Source: Bacteroidota bacterium (lineage in GTDB: Bacteria; Bacteroidota; Bacteroidia; Flavobacteriales; BACL11). From it: a stretch of DNA of 64,000 nucleotides. The position numbers and the translations under genes were made by a program. Location: contig JAYZXD010000018.1 in NCBI GenBank assembly GCA_036141595.1, forward strand, positions 1,388-65,387, in the 5' to 3' direction. Positions 37,393 through 47,739 of this stretch are shown in pieces (within the stretch, counting starts at the first letter, position 1; each line of letters begins with the position of its first letter). Under the pieces are notes generated by a model. It made no database searches and had not been told where the DNA came from. It saw nothing but the letters and a program-made list of their open reading frames with translations.

Positions 37393-40384
37393 GTTCGTAT
37401 ATAGTATCACAATGATAGTGTTTTTCTTTGTCCGGTTTTAATTTTTTAATTTTTGAGTTTTTTTCTTTGCTCATTAATTTGACAATACGCATTTTTTCTT
37501 CAAGATCTCTTTTAAAAATTATTTTATCTTTTTTAATATCAAACATTAGTTTTCCATCAACATATGTTTGCGCAACTTTGGCATAAACAGATAAAGGATT
37601 AGCGGTCCATAGAACGATATCAGCATCTTTTCCAGATTTAATACTGCCCATCCTATGATCTAAATGCAATAGTTTAGCAGGATTGAGGGTCACAAGTTTC
37701 CAAGCATCTTCTTGTGAGGTGTTTCCATACTTTACTGCTTTTGCAGCTTCTTGATTAAGTCTTCTTCCCATTTCCGCATTGTCAGAATTTATGGCAGTAA
37801 TAACACCAGCTTCATTTAATAAAGAGGCATTATATGGGATAGCATCATTAACTTCAAATTTATAAGCCCACCAGTCAGAAAAAGTTGAGCCTCCAGCACC
37901 ATGTTCTTGTAATTTTTCAGCCACTTTATAGCCCTCCAATATATGAGTAAAAGTGTTTACATTAAAACCAATAGAATCAGCTACATGTATCAACATATTT
38001 ATTTCTGATTGAACATACGAATGACAGGTTATAAACATATCAGAAGTTAAAATTTCAACCAGAGCATTTAGCTTAAGATCTTCTCTTGGAGGAGGAGTAT
38101 TTAATTTTTCTTTTCTGCTTAAATTATTATATTCTTCCCATGTTTTTTTATATTCTTTAGCTCTGTAAAAGGCATCATAAAAAACTTGTTCAACACCCAT
38201 TCTTGTTTGAGGAAATCTAATTCGTTCGTAGTCGCCCCAATTACTTTGCTTTACGTTTTCACCGAGAGCAAACTTTATAAATTTTGGAGCATCACTTATT
38301 TTCATGTTTTCTGCGCTTTCTCCCCAACGAAACTTAATTATAGCAGACTGACCTCCAATTGGGTTAGCAGAACCGTGAAGTAGTTGGGCAGCTGTGGTTC
38401 CCCCTGCTAATTGTCTATAGATGTTATGATCGTTTGGATTAATAACATCACCAATACAAACTTCGGATGTGACAGCATGACTTCCCTCATTGACACCTCT
38501 ACTTATTGCAATATGAGAATGCTCATCAATTATACCTGAAGTTAAATGCAAATTACTTGCGTCAACAGTCTTATACTCTATATTTGAAAAAAATTTTTCT
38601 GCTTCTAGGGAGAATCCAGTAGCTATAATTTTCCCATTAGATATTATAACATCATAGTTTTCTACAATCCCTTCTTCTTCATTTGTCCATACTGTAGCAT
38701 TCTTAAAAATAATATTTTCTTTGGTAGGAAGCTTTTCAAAGCCGTATGCCTTGTTCGGCAGCCAAATGTTTGGTATCGCTAATGAATCATGGTTATCTTT
38801 TTCGGTGATTTTATTTTCTTCTGAATTTTCCAATATTGAATCTCGGACCATAGTAAATTCGTAATATATACCAGATTTATTTTGGTATCGTCCTAATATT
38901 TTATTATCATTAATTTTTCCAACACCTCTGAAACTGCCATTATCATCAAATATGTTAATATTATTATCAGATATGGATATGTTAACCTTATTTGTATCTA
39001 GCTCTTTAAAAATAATTAATGGCTTTGATTTCTCGCCTTTAATGATAATTTTAGCATTATTAAATTCATCCGAATTAAAAGTGTAGTATCCTCTAAAATC
39101 GTTTTTTTGCTTTTTATTTACAATATTTTGTTCTCCAAGAACCCAGTTTTCATATATTTTTCCTTTTTCAAAAATATCATTTGAACATATGATGAAGTTT
39201 GCATATTTATCTTTTTCTATTGTTCCGCATAAATGATCGATTTTAATAAGTTCAGCCGGTGTAGTTGTTAATGATGCTAATGCATCATTTTTGTTTAAAC
39301 CCTTTTTTACTGCAATTCTAATATTTTTTAAAAAATCTTTTGAATCTTCTAATTCAGCAGAAGTTATACAAAACTCAATATTATTTTTTGACAAGATATT
39401 TGGGTTATATGGAGCTGTTTCCCAAAGTTTTAGTTCGCTGAGTGTTATCCACTCTGTAGTTTCAGGGTTACTAACTTCATATGCTTTTGGAAAGTTTATT
39501 GGTAAAATTATTGGAGATTCTGTATCAATTATCTCATTAATCCTTAAAAATTCTTTTCCATTACCTTTTAAAACAAAATCTATTTCAAATTCATCAGCAA
39601 TCTTTTGCACTCTGCTGTAGTCTAGTTCGTCATTTAAAATAAAAATATTTGGAAGTTCTTTGTTTTCAATTATCGCATTATATGATAAATTATTTTGATT
39701 TTTTTGCTCTTCATACCATTCCGCATTTAAAAATGTTTGTCTTATTAGAGCAATACTTCCCATTAATGAATTTGGATATTTTTGTTGTGAAACTCCCTTT
39801 TTAAAAGAAAATACTGAGGCGGCTTTAGGTAATAATAAATTTTCATATTCAGATTTTTGAGATAGTGCAACACATGCCCCTGTTCCTCTAAAAATACCAT
39901 CTTTTTGATGCGTAAGAACTACTCCGAAGCCGTTTTCAAGAAATGACTTTCTGTTTTCCTCACTATTATTATAGTTGTCACAGGCATCAATTTCTGGATG
40001 AATAGCCTGATTCCAATGAAAGGCTCCTTTTGTTTTTCTTTTGTACTGTGGTCTATAACTATATATACCTTTTTTAATTTCAGGCAGTCCATAATTTGTA
40101 TATAAGTCAATAAATGACGGATAAATATAATCTCCCTCTAAGTCATAAACAATTGCCCCTTCAGGTATTGTTATATTCATTGCTTCTCCTACAGAGATTA
40201 TTTTGTTTCCTTGAATTATTAATATACCATTTTGATATTCTGTTTCAGCAGTGGCTATTATTTTGGCATTTGTAAAAGCATATACAGGCAAGAAGTTTTC
40301 TTTTACTCCTTCTATTGGAAATACTTCTTGCGCTTGAAGTTTAACACAAAAAATAAGAATTATAACAGTTTTTAATGCTTTCAT
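37382..40384 (-). CDS. large secreted two-module amidohydrolase-family protein (degenerate N-terminal module plus canonical C-terminal module)
   Basis: Signal peptide ends LQA|Q. The N-terminal module reads IIQGNKIISVG...IYPSFIDLYTNYG with no HxH. The C-terminal module reads ISNGKIIATG...TSGIIDEHSHIAI (HSH codons at 38513..38521), then CHSY, THILEG, INSDN and GSIKSGKDADIVLW. Confidence 0.75.
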   Translation of the reverse strand: MKALKTVIILIFCVKLQAQEVFPIEGVKENFLPVYAFTNAKIIATAETEYQNGILIIQGNKIISVGEAMNITIPEGAIVYDLEGDYIYPSFIDLYTNYGLPEIKKGIYSYRPQYKRKTKGAFHWNQAIHPEIDACDNYNNSEENRKSFLENGFGVVLTHQKDGIFRGTGACVALSQKSEYENLLLPKAASVFSFKKGVSQQKYPNSLMGSIALIRQTFLNAEWYEEQKNQNNLSYNAIIENKELPNIFILNDELDYSRVQKIADEFEIDFVLKGNGKEFLRINEIIDTESPIILPINFPKAYEVSNPETTEWITLSELKLWETAPYNPNILSKNNIEFCITSAELEDSKDFLKNIRIAVKKGLNKNDALASLTTTPAELIKIDHLCGTIEKDKYANFIICSNDIFEKGKIYENWVLGEQNIVNKKQKNDFRGYYTFNSDEFNNAKIIIKGEKSKPLIIFKELDTNKVNISISDNNINIFDDNGSFRGVGKINDNKILGRYQNKSGIYYEFTMVRDSILENSEENKITEKDNHDSLAIPNIWLPNKAYGFEKLPTKENIIFKNATVWTNEEEGIVENYDVIISNGKIIATGFSLEAEKFFSNIEYKTVDASNLHLTSGIIDEHSHIAISRGVNEGSHAVTSEVCIGDVINPNDHNIYRQLAGGTTAAQLLHGSANPIGGQSAIIKFRWGESAENMKISDAPKFIKFALGENVKQSNWGDYERIRFPQTRMGVEQVFYDAFYRAKEYKKTWEEYNNLSRKEKLNTPPPREDLKLNALVEILTSDMFITCHSYVQSEINMLIHVADSIGFNVNTFTHILEGYKVAEKLQEHGAGGSTFSDWWAYKFEVNDAIPYNASLLNEAGVITAINSDNAEMGRRLNQEAAKAVKYGNTSQEDAWKLVTLNPAKLLHLDHRMGSIKSGKDADIVLWTANPLSVYAKVAQTYVDGKLMFDIKKDKIIFKRDLEEKMRIVKLMSKEKNSKIKKLKPDKEKHYHCDTIYEHED

Positions 40385-40422
40385 GAAAACTTAAAGGTGT
40401 GAAATTAATAAAATTTAGCTAA

Positions 40423-40430
40423 TAATTTTG
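40423..40430 (+). promoter_or_regulatory. -7 element upstream of the small membrane protein / hflX unit
   Basis: TAATTTTG ends 33 nt before the ATG at 40464. Confidence 0.35.
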
Positions 40431-40463
40431 TTTCTTTGCAACAAGAAAATTCAAAAAAAATTT

Positions 40464-40835
40464 ATGAAAACATATCAAGCAAATCTTATTAATAGTTTAG
40501 CATTAATCTTAATGCCTCTTTGGGCTTATTTAACATATGAGGGTACTCTTGAAAAACCAAACCAGTCAATTACAGCATTAATTCCTTTATTTTTGGGCGT
40601 AATTCTTTTTTTATGCAATAATGGTGTTAAGAAAGAAAATAAAGTTATCGCTCATATTGCTGTTGTTGTGACTCTTATTGCATTATTAGGTTTATTTATG
40701 CCTTTAAAAGCTGCTATCGCTGAAGATAGAACTCTTTCAGTAATAAGAGTAGCAATAATGTTATTAACTGGAATGTTAGCCATGATTACTTTTATAAGAA
40801 GCTTTATCGCAAATAGAAAAGGTAAGCAAAGCTAA
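40464..40835 (+). CDS. small polytopic membrane protein, unknown function
   Basis: About 123 aa with four hydrophobic segments. The ORF-track TTG start (40428) lies inside a -7 promoter motif, so the ATG at 40464 is preferred. Confidence 0.5.
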   Translation: MKTYQANLINSLALILMPLWAYLTYEGTLEKPNQSITALIPLFLGVILFLCNNGVKKENKVIAHIAVVVTLIALLGLFMPLKAAIAEDRTLSVIRVAIMLLTGMLAMITFIRSFIANRKGKQS

Positions 40836-40838
40836 TAT

Positions 40839-42011
40839 ATGCTAGAAAAAGCAGTACTCATTGGCTTAATAACTCCTACCGTAACCACTAATCAGGCAAA
40901 TGAATACCTCGAGGAATTAGCTTTTTTAGCAAAAACAGCAGGAGCAAAACCTGTTAAAAATTTTACACAGAGACTTTTAAGACCAGATAATAAAACGTTT
41001 ATTGGCAAAGGTAAGATGGAAGAGGTTTTTTCATTTGTAAAGGAAAATGCTATTGATATTTTAATATTTGATGACGATCTTACACCATCTCAATTAAAAA
41101 ATGTAGAAAAAATATTTAGTGGCAAATGCAAAATATTAGATAGAAGTAATCTTATTTTAGATATATTTGCTAGCAGAGCGCAAACAGCTCAAGCTAGAAC
41201 TCAAGTTGAATTAGCACAGTATCAGTATCTCCTTCCAAGACTAACTAGGATGTGGACTCACTTAGAAAGACAAAAAGGGGGAATTGGAATGAGAGGACCG
41301 GGGGAGACACAGATAGAAACAGACAGGCAAATTATTAGAGATAAGATTTCTCTTTTAAAAAAGAAATTAAAAAAAATTGACAAGCAAGCTTTTACAAGAA
41401 GAAAGGGCCGTGAGCATTTGATTCGAGTAGCACTTGTAGGTTATACAAATGCAGGTAAATCTACTTTAATGAACAAGCTATCCAAATCGGACGTCTTTGC
41501 AGAAAATAAGTTGTTTGCGACTCTTGATACTACTGTTAGGAAAGTTGTTATTCAAAATCTTCCTTTTTTATTGACTGACACAGTAGGATTTATACGAAAA
41601 CTTCCACATCAACTAGTAGAAAGTTTTAAATCAACTTTAGATGAAGTAAGAGAGTCAGATTTTATGATACATTTAGTTGATATCTCTAATCCAAATTTTG
41701 AAGACCATATTGAGGTTGTTAATAAAACTATTTCTGAAATAGGGGCTCAAGATAAACCCATGATTTTAGTGTTTAATAAAATTGATTCTTATACCTACAC
41801 TAAAAAAGAACAAGATGACTTGACGCCTGTTACTAAAGAAAATTTATCGCTAGAAGACTTAAAAGATTCCTGGATGTCTAAAATTAATGGAAACGTAATG
41901 TTTATTTCAGCACTACATAAGACATGTTTTGAGGAGTTGAGAGAAGAATTATATGTTAGGATCAAAAAATTACATGAAGTTAGGTACCCCTATAATAATT
42001 TTTTATACTAA
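40839..42011 (+). CDS. hflX: GTPase HflX
   Basis: HflX N-terminal domain (RAQTAQARTQVELAQYQYLLPRL, GGIGMRGPGETQIETDRR-like) and G motifs GYTNAGKST, DTVGF, NKID. Confidence 0.93.
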   Translation: MLEKAVLIGLITPTVTTNQANEYLEELAFLAKTAGAKPVKNFTQRLLRPDNKTFIGKGKMEEVFSFVKENAIDILIFDDDLTPSQLKNVEKIFSGKCKILDRSNLILDIFASRAQTAQARTQVELAQYQYLLPRLTRMWTHLERQKGGIGMRGPGETQIETDRQIIRDKISLLKKKLKKIDKQAFTRRKGREHLIRVALVGYTNAGKSTLMNKLSKSDVFAENKLFATLDTTVRKVVIQNLPFLLTDTVGFIRKLPHQLVESFKSTLDEVRESDFMIHLVDISNPNFEDHIEVVNKTISEIGAQDKPMILVFNKIDSYTYTKKEQDDLTPVTKENLSLEDLKDSWMSKINGNVMFISALHKTCFEELREELYVRIKKLHEVRYPYNNFLY

Positions 42012-43825
42012 TTAAAGGATTGCAAGTCACATAGCTTCTTATAATGCTTATTAGCTGCAATAAGTTCATCATGAGAACCTCTTTCTCTTATAGTTCCATT
42101 TTCTAGTACTATAATTTCATCTGCATTTTTTATAGTAGAAAGTCTATGAGCAATAACTAATGATGTTCTGTTTTTCATTAGCTTTTCTAGTGCTTCTTGA
42201 ACAAGCTTTTCTGATTCTGTGTCTAATGAAGAAGTCGCTTCGTCTAAAATTAAAATTTCAGGATTTTTAAGTATTGCTCTTGCGATACAAATTCTTTGTT
42301 TTTGTCCTCCAGATAGTTTATCTCCTCTATCACCTATGTTTGTACTATAACCTTTTTCTGTTTCAAGAATAAAGCTATGAGCATTAGCTGTTTTTGCAGC
42401 ATTGATTATTTCTTCTTCCGAAGCATTTATTTTTCCTAGCTTAATATTATTGTAGATGGTGTCATTAAACAAAATAGAATCTTGAGTAACAACACCTATG
42501 AGCTCTCTAAGATTAGTAAATCCAATGTCTTTAATATTAGTTTGATCAATTAAAATTCTGCCTTTTTCTATATCATGAAATCGATTAAGTAAATCAGATA
42601 TAGTTGATTTACCGCTACCTGATTGTCCAACTAGTGCAACCATTTCTCCTTTCTTTATTTTAAAAGTTATGTTTGATAACACATTATTTTTTTCATAACT
42701 AAATGATACATTTTCAAATGCAATATCTTTAGAAAATATAACTTTTGTGGCATTTTTATTTTCAATTATTTCGTTTTTAGTATCTAAAATTTCATATACA
42801 CGTTCTGCAGCAGCAGTGCCTTTCTTAATATGGTAATATGATGTTGTAAGTGACTTTGCAGGAGGTATAATTTGTGAAAAAATCAAAATATAACCAATAA
42901 ATTCTTGACCAGAAAGAGAACTTTGTCCACTAAGAACTAATTGCCCGCCAAGCCACATCACTACAACTAAAACAATTGTACTTAAGAACTCACTCATTGG
43001 AGAAGATAAGTCTTTTTTTCTTAAAAGTTTGGTCATTATATTTCTATAACTAATACTTTCTTTTTGAAAATTAATATTTATTTTTTTTTCAATATTAAAA
43101 GCTTTTATAATTCTAAGCCCAGAAATATTTTCATCAATTATTGATAACAAATTTCCCATTTTAGCTTGCCCTTTATCCGATGATTTTTTTAGTGATTTTC
43201 CTATTAATCCAATAATTATACCAGTAATAGGAAATAAAACAACAACGAACAGTGTTAGCTTTGGGCTTATTATAATTAGAGTAATTAAATACACAATTAT
43301 AGTTAGAGGATCTTTGAAAATCATTTCAAGAGAACTCATAATACTCCATTCAATTTCAACTAAATCAGAGGTCAGCCGTGATGTAAGATCTCCTTTTCTT
43401 TTTTTTGTAAAAAAAGAAAGTGGTAGAGAAACTATTTTTTTATGTAAATCCACCCTAAGATCATTTACAATGCCGTTTCTTATGGGTGTTAAAAAAAACA
43501 ATGCAGAATATCTAAATAGGTTTCTTAAAAAAAATGTCGATAACACTAGTATACAAATAAATAATAATGCCTCAATTTCCCCCTTTGAAGCGATTTTTTC
43601 ACTAATTATTGCATAAAAATTTTCTTTTATTGAATTTGCATTAAAACTTAGCGGTGGAGCTTCAGTTACTGGTTCTTGTGTTTTAAACAATATTCCCAAG
43701 AATGGGATAACCATTGTTAATGAGACAAGTGAAAACAATACACTTAAAACATTTGATACAATATTTAGTATTGCAAAAAATTTATAAGGCTTTATATACT
43801 TTAAAATTCTAAAGAAATTTTCCAT
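42008..43825 (-). CDS. ABC transporter permease/ATP-binding fusion protein (MsbA-like exporter)
   Basis: Six-TM domain then Walker A GQSGSGKST, signature LSGGQKQR and Walker B ILILDEATS. The start is set at ATG 43825 (MENFFRILKYIKPYKFF). The ORF-track extension to 44074 runs antisense through rbfA. Confidence 0.88.
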   Translation of the reverse strand: MENFFRILKYIKPYKFFAILNIVSNVLSVLFSLVSLTMVIPFLGILFKTQEPVTEAPPLSFNANSIKENFYAIISEKIASKGEIEALLFICILVLSTFFLRNLFRYSALFFLTPIRNGIVNDLRVDLHKKIVSLPLSFFTKKRKGDLTSRLTSDLVEIEWSIMSSLEMIFKDPLTIIVYLITLIIISPKLTLFVVVLFPITGIIIGLIGKSLKKSSDKGQAKMGNLLSIIDENISGLRIIKAFNIEKKININFQKESISYRNIMTKLLRKKDLSSPMSEFLSTIVLVVVMWLGGQLVLSGQSSLSGQEFIGYILIFSQIIPPAKSLTTSYYHIKKGTAAAERVYEILDTKNEIIENKNATKVIFSKDIAFENVSFSYEKNNVLSNITFKIKKGEMVALVGQSGSGKSTISDLLNRFHDIEKGRILIDQTNIKDIGFTNLRELIGVVTQDSILFNDTIYNNIKLGKINASEEEIINAAKTANAHSFILETEKGYSTNIGDRGDKLSGGQKQRICIARAILKNPEILILDEATSSLDTESEKLVQEALEKLMKNRTSLVIAHRLSTIKNADEIIVLENGTIRERGSHDELIAANKHYKKLCDLQSFN

Positions 43826-43849
43826 AGTGTAAAAGTAGTCAATATTACG

Positions 43850-43857
43850 TATTTTTG
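43850..43857 (+). promoter_or_regulatory. -7 element upstream of rbfA
   Basis: TATTTTTG ends 5 nt before the rbfA ATG (43863). Confidence 0.35.
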
Positions 43858-43862
43858 GCTTT

Positions 43863-44201
43863 ATGGAAACGACAAGACAAAAAAAAGTATCACGTTTGTT
43901 ACAAAAAGAATTATCATCTGTATTACAAAAAGAAGCATCACAGTTTTGTGGTAATGTAATTATAAGCGTAACTATTGTTCGAGTGTCAACTGATTTAGCA
44001 AATGCTAATGTTTTTTTAAGTGTATTTCCCTCTGAAGATCCATTAAAGACAATAGATTTAATTACAAAAAACAAAGGTTTTTTTAGAAAAAAATTGGGAG
44101 ACAGAATAAAAAAACAGTTAAGACTAGTGCCTGACTTATCTTATTTTTTAGATGATTCTGCCTCTTTTGCAGAGGAAATAGACAAGCTTTTAAAAAAATA
44201 A
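43863..44201 (+). CDS. rbfA: ribosome-binding factor A
   Basis: 112 aa with RQKKVSRLLQKELSSVL and LRLVPDLSYFLDDS, typical of RbfA. Confidence 0.88.
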   Translation: METTRQKKVSRLLQKELSSVLQKEASQFCGNVIISVTIVRVSTDLANANVFLSVFPSEDPLKTIDLITKNKGFFRKKLGDRIKKQLRLVPDLSYFLDDSASFAEEIDKLLKK

Positions 44202-44203
44202 AT

Positions 44204-45391
44204 ATGAGTTTCCCTTTTTTAATCGCAAAACGTTATTTCTTCTCTGTTAAGAAAAAAAACTTTGTACATATTATCTCTTTAGTATCATTAGCGGGAATAG
44301 CAGTAGGTTCAGCTGCTTTGATACTTGTTTTATCTGTATTTAACGGCTTCGAGGATCTAATTTTAAAAATGTATAATTCACATGACCCACATATTAAAAT
44401 TACGCTTAAGAAAGGTAAAACTTTTGACCCCAAAAGTCTAAAAATTGAACATCAAAATATTAAGGAAATAACTTATGTATTGGAAGAAGACGTATTGTTA
44501 ATGTACGGCTCTCAGTTCTCTGGTGAGGAGACAAAAAAAACACAACATATTGCTAAAATAAAAGGTTATTCAAATTATAATAAGATTCCGTCAATTGGAA
44601 GAGATTTAGCCTTAATTCTTGGGATAGACACTAGTCATAAAAATCCCTCCCTTTCTAAGCCTTCACTATCTGTTTATGTTCCAAATAGAAATACAAAGAC
44701 ATTTTTACACAGAAACCCTTCAAGAAACTTTTATAATCCAAGTCTCATTAATAATTTTAATATTTTTAATATACATCCTGATGTAAATCAAAAATATATT
44801 TTTACTGATCTTAATTATCTGCAAAATATCAGCAAAAGACAAAATGACATTTCTGCAATTGAAATAAATTTATTTGATGAAAATGATATGGAAGCTGTCC
44901 AAATTAAGCTACAGGCTGACTTAGGAAATGATTTTTTAATTGAGAATAGACTGCAACAGCATGAAATATTATATAAAATTTTAAATACTGAAAAGCTAGC
45001 AATATTTATTATTCTTGTATTTATATTAATTATTGCCTCTTTTACAATTGTTGGGTCAGTCTCAATGTTAGTTCTAGACAAAAAAAAGGATATTACAACT
45101 TTTTATAGTTTTGGTGTAACAAAAAATCAAATTAAATATATTTTTATACTTAAAAGTGTTATGTCTTCATCTTTTGGAGCTCTAATTGGAATAGGCTTTG
45201 GTGCCACAATAGCACTTTTACAAAAAAAGTTTGAATTAATTAAAATGGGTAATGGTGGTTTTATAATAGATGCTTATCCGGTTGTGTTGCAGACATCTGA
45301 TATATTATATGTTTTTTTAACAGTTTTTATTATTGGTCTTTTAGCATCTTGGTATCCTGCAAAATTTTTGACTAGTAAGTTTATTGATTAA
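44204..45391 (+). CDS. FtsX-like ABC transporter permease (LolC/E-like)
   Basis: N-terminal TM, a large periplasmic loop, and three C-terminal TM helices of the FtsX/MacB permease type. There is no adjacent ATPase. Confidence 0.75.
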   Translation: MSFPFLIAKRYFFSVKKKNFVHIISLVSLAGIAVGSAALILVLSVFNGFEDLILKMYNSHDPHIKITLKKGKTFDPKSLKIEHQNIKEITYVLEEDVLLMYGSQFSGEETKKTQHIAKIKGYSNYNKIPSIGRDLALILGIDTSHKNPSLSKPSLSVYVPNRNTKTFLHRNPSRNFYNPSLINNFNIFNIHPDVNQKYIFTDLNYLQNISKRQNDISAIEINLFDENDMEAVQIKLQADLGNDFLIENRLQQHEILYKILNTEKLAIFIILVFILIIASFTIVGSVSMLVLDKKKDITTFYSFGVTKNQIKYIFILKSVMSSSFGALIGIGFGATIALLQKKFELIKMGNGGFIIDAYPVVLQTSDILYVFLTVFIIGLLASWYPAKFLTSKFID

Positions 45392-46364
45392 ATTTAACAG
45401 ACACTTCATCTAAAAGGGTTTCTATTTCGTCTTTGTTATTAGAAGTAATCATTTTAATCCTATAGTCTTTAAAATGGGAGATCCCTTTGAAATAGTTCGT
45501 GTAATGTCTTTTCATTTCAGCAATTCCTAACACTTCTCCTTTCCATTCAATTGAGTGTTTTAGATGTTGTTTGCATACATCCACTCTGTCTTTAATACGA
45601 ATTGGAGGCAGATGATTTCCTGTTTTTAGAAAATGTTTAACATTGTCAAAAAACCAAGGGTTTCCAATAGCAGCTCTTCCAATCATTACACCGTCAACTC
45701 CATATTTTGCTTTCAAATAGGCAACTTTCTCAGGAGAATCTACATCTCCGTTTCCAAAAACAGGAATATGCATTCTTGGATTATTTTTTACTTCTCCTAT
45801 TAAAGTCCAATCAGCTTCTCCTTTATACATTTGCTTTCGTGTTCTACCGTGAATAGAGATTGCTTTAATACCTACATCTTGTAATCTTTCAGCAACCTCA
45901 ACTATATATTTTGTGTTTTCATCCCAGCCCAAACGAGTTTTTACAGTTACAGGTAATTTAGTAGCATTTACTATCTCTTTAGTCATTGTTACCATTTTAG
46001 GTATATCTTGTAATATGCCTGCGCCTGCACCCTTTAAGGCAACTTTTTTAACAGGGCATCCGTAGTTAATATCAATGAATTCTGGTTGAGCTTTTTCACA
46101 TATTTCAGTTGCCTTTCTCATAGAGTCGATATTATTTCCAAAAATTTGAATTCCTATAGGACGTTCAAAATCATAAATATCTAATTTCATGGTACTTTTT
46201 TTAGCATCTCGAATTAGTCCTTCAGATGATATAAATTCGGTATACATAACATCGGCACCATATTTTTTGCATAAAGCCCGAAATGGAGGATCACTTACGT
46301 CTTCCATTGGTGCTAATAATAGAGGAAAATCTCCTATATCAATATTTCCTATCTTTATACCCAT
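45381..46364 (-). CDS. dusB: tRNA-dihydrouridine synthase
   Basis: LAPMEDVSDPPFR, INYGCP and HGRTR motifs of the Dus TIM barrel plus a C-terminal helical domain. Confidence 0.92.
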   Translation of the reverse strand: MGIKIGNIDIGDFPLLLAPMEDVSDPPFRALCKKYGADVMYTEFISSEGLIRDAKKSTMKLDIYDFERPIGIQIFGNNIDSMRKATEICEKAQPEFIDINYGCPVKKVALKGAGAGILQDIPKMVTMTKEIVNATKLPVTVKTRLGWDENTKYIVEVAERLQDVGIKAISIHGRTRKQMYKGEADWTLIGEVKNNPRMHIPVFGNGDVDSPEKVAYLKAKYGVDGVMIGRAAIGNPWFFDNVKHFLKTGNHLPPIRIKDRVDVCKQHLKHSIEWKGEVLGIAEMKRHYTNYFKGISHFKDYRIKMITSNNKDEIETLLDEVSVKFNQ

Positions 46365-46387
46365 TTTCTTTACAAAAATAATTAATA

Positions 46388-47266
46388 ATGCGATTTAAAG
46401 CTATTTATAAAAATAAGTCTCCAAAATATAAGTTTTTTTGTTTATTGTTAATATTCATTTTTTCATTTTTGATTTTTATACAATTTGGCAATATTGCTAT
46501 TAATTTTTTCTTTGATAGTGATTTAATAGAAAATCAGAACCTAGAAAACAAACAATACGTTAACTCTCTGAAAGTGATGCAATTATTTCTAGCATTAGGA
46601 ATTTTTGTAGTTCCAATGTTTTTATATGCTCATTTAATTTCTTTTGATTTTAAATTTAAAAATCTAGTTAGGCAAAATGTAATGCTAGTGATAACAATTA
46701 TGTTAATCATAGTACCATTTATAGCTATGTTAACCGAATTTAATTTAAGTATTAAGGTACCTGATTGGTTAAATCAAATTGATGAAAAATCTGATTTAAC
46801 TATTGCGGCATTATTAAAAATGGATTCTAATGTTGATTTTTTATTTAACTTATTAATTATTGCAATTATTCCAGCTGTAGGTGAAGAGTTGTTTTTTAGA
46901 GGGTATTTGCAACAAACAATAACAAAGTGGACTATATCGCCGCACATTGGTATAATAATAACAGCAATTTTATTTAGTGTCATTCATTTTCAGTTCTATG
47001 GCTTAATACCAAGATTTATTTTAGGTGTTTTATTAGGTTATGTCTTTCTTTGGAGTAATAATTTATGGCTTCCTATTATTGCTCATTTTGTTAATAATGC
47101 TCAAGTATTAGTTATATCTTTTGTGAATAAAGATCAGAACAGCTCGATGCTTTCAAATAATGTTGACACAACAATTGGTATATTCTCTTTTTTTGGAGCT
47201 GCTTTGTTGATGTACCTATTGTATCAAAGTTGTTGTTTTCGAAATAACAAAATACAAAAGAGTTAA
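46388..47266 (+). CDS. CPBP family intramembrane glutamic endopeptidase (CAAX protease-like)
   Basis: Polytopic protein with EELFFRGYL, FSVIHF and HFVNN motifs. Confidence 0.82.
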   Translation: MRFKAIYKNKSPKYKFFCLLLIFIFSFLIFIQFGNIAINFFFDSDLIENQNLENKQYVNSLKVMQLFLALGIFVVPMFLYAHLISFDFKFKNLVRQNVMLVITIMLIIVPFIAMLTEFNLSIKVPDWLNQIDEKSDLTIAALLKMDSNVDFLFNLLIIAIIPAVGEELFFRGYLQQTITKWTISPHIGIIITAILFSVIHFQFYGLIPRFILGVLLGYVFLWSNNLWLPIIAHFVNNAQVLVISFVNKDQNSSMLSNNVDTTIGIFSFFGAALLMYLLYQSCCFRNNKIQKS

Positions 47267-47739
47267 TCTCTTTTTTCAGTAGTTGAGTAGTTTATTTTAT
47301 ATGCTTGTGCTTTCCTTAACTCTTGTTTGACGTCTGTTACTTGCTTCATCATCACTTCACTGTCTGCTTTAATTTGTACCCTCATTTTTGGAACATCAGC
47401 GGGCTGCATAGCTGCACGTTGTGTATTGATAAAGCTGATAATTTGACTCACGTCGTCCCATGGATCTTGAATCATATCATCTAACTGAATTCGATGATCT
47501 TTGGATCCATAAGTAGCTTTGTCATTAGGCTTACCTATATAAATGTAACTAACTAGTGATTTTTTCTTTAATTTAGTTACTTCACTAGCTTCAGGTGTTT
47601 TTATTTTTACTTTTAGCTCAGTCGGTCTCATTACAGTAGTGACCATGAAAAAGAAAAGGAGCATAAATACAATGTCAGGTAGTGACGCTGTTGAAATAGC
47701 TGGCATTGATTTTTTTCCGTCTTTTCTAAATTTACTCAT
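47263..47739 (-). CDS. exbD: ExbD/TolR family biopolymer transport protein
   Basis: Single TM LPDIVFMLLFFFMVTT plus a periplasmic domain. It has a 4-nt overlap with the upstream exbD paralogue. Confidence 0.85.
   Translation of the reverse strand: MSKFRKDGKKSMPAISTASLPDIVFMLLFFFMVTTVMRPTELKVKIKTPEASEVTKLKKKSLVSYIYIGKPNDKATYGSKDHRIQLDDMIQDPWDDVSQIISFINTQRAAMQPADVPKMRVQIKADSEVMMKQVTDVKQELRKAQAYKINYSTTEKRD

Noticed and set aside
39291-39620. A 109-aa plus-strand ORF lies antisense to the large amidohydrolase. Similar antisense ORFs occur at 36551..36859, 43314..43616 and 47926..48270.
   Set aside because: All are shadow ORFs within well-supported genes, with hydrophobic or low-complexity composition and no independent signals.
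43826-44074. An 83-aa N-terminal extension of the ABC exporter ORF reaches 44074.
   Set aside because: The extension runs antisense through the well-supported rbfA gene and its promoter. It has odd Cys/Asp/Asn-rich composition and precedes a canonical exporter N-terminus (MENFFRILKYIKPYKFF) at ATG 43825.
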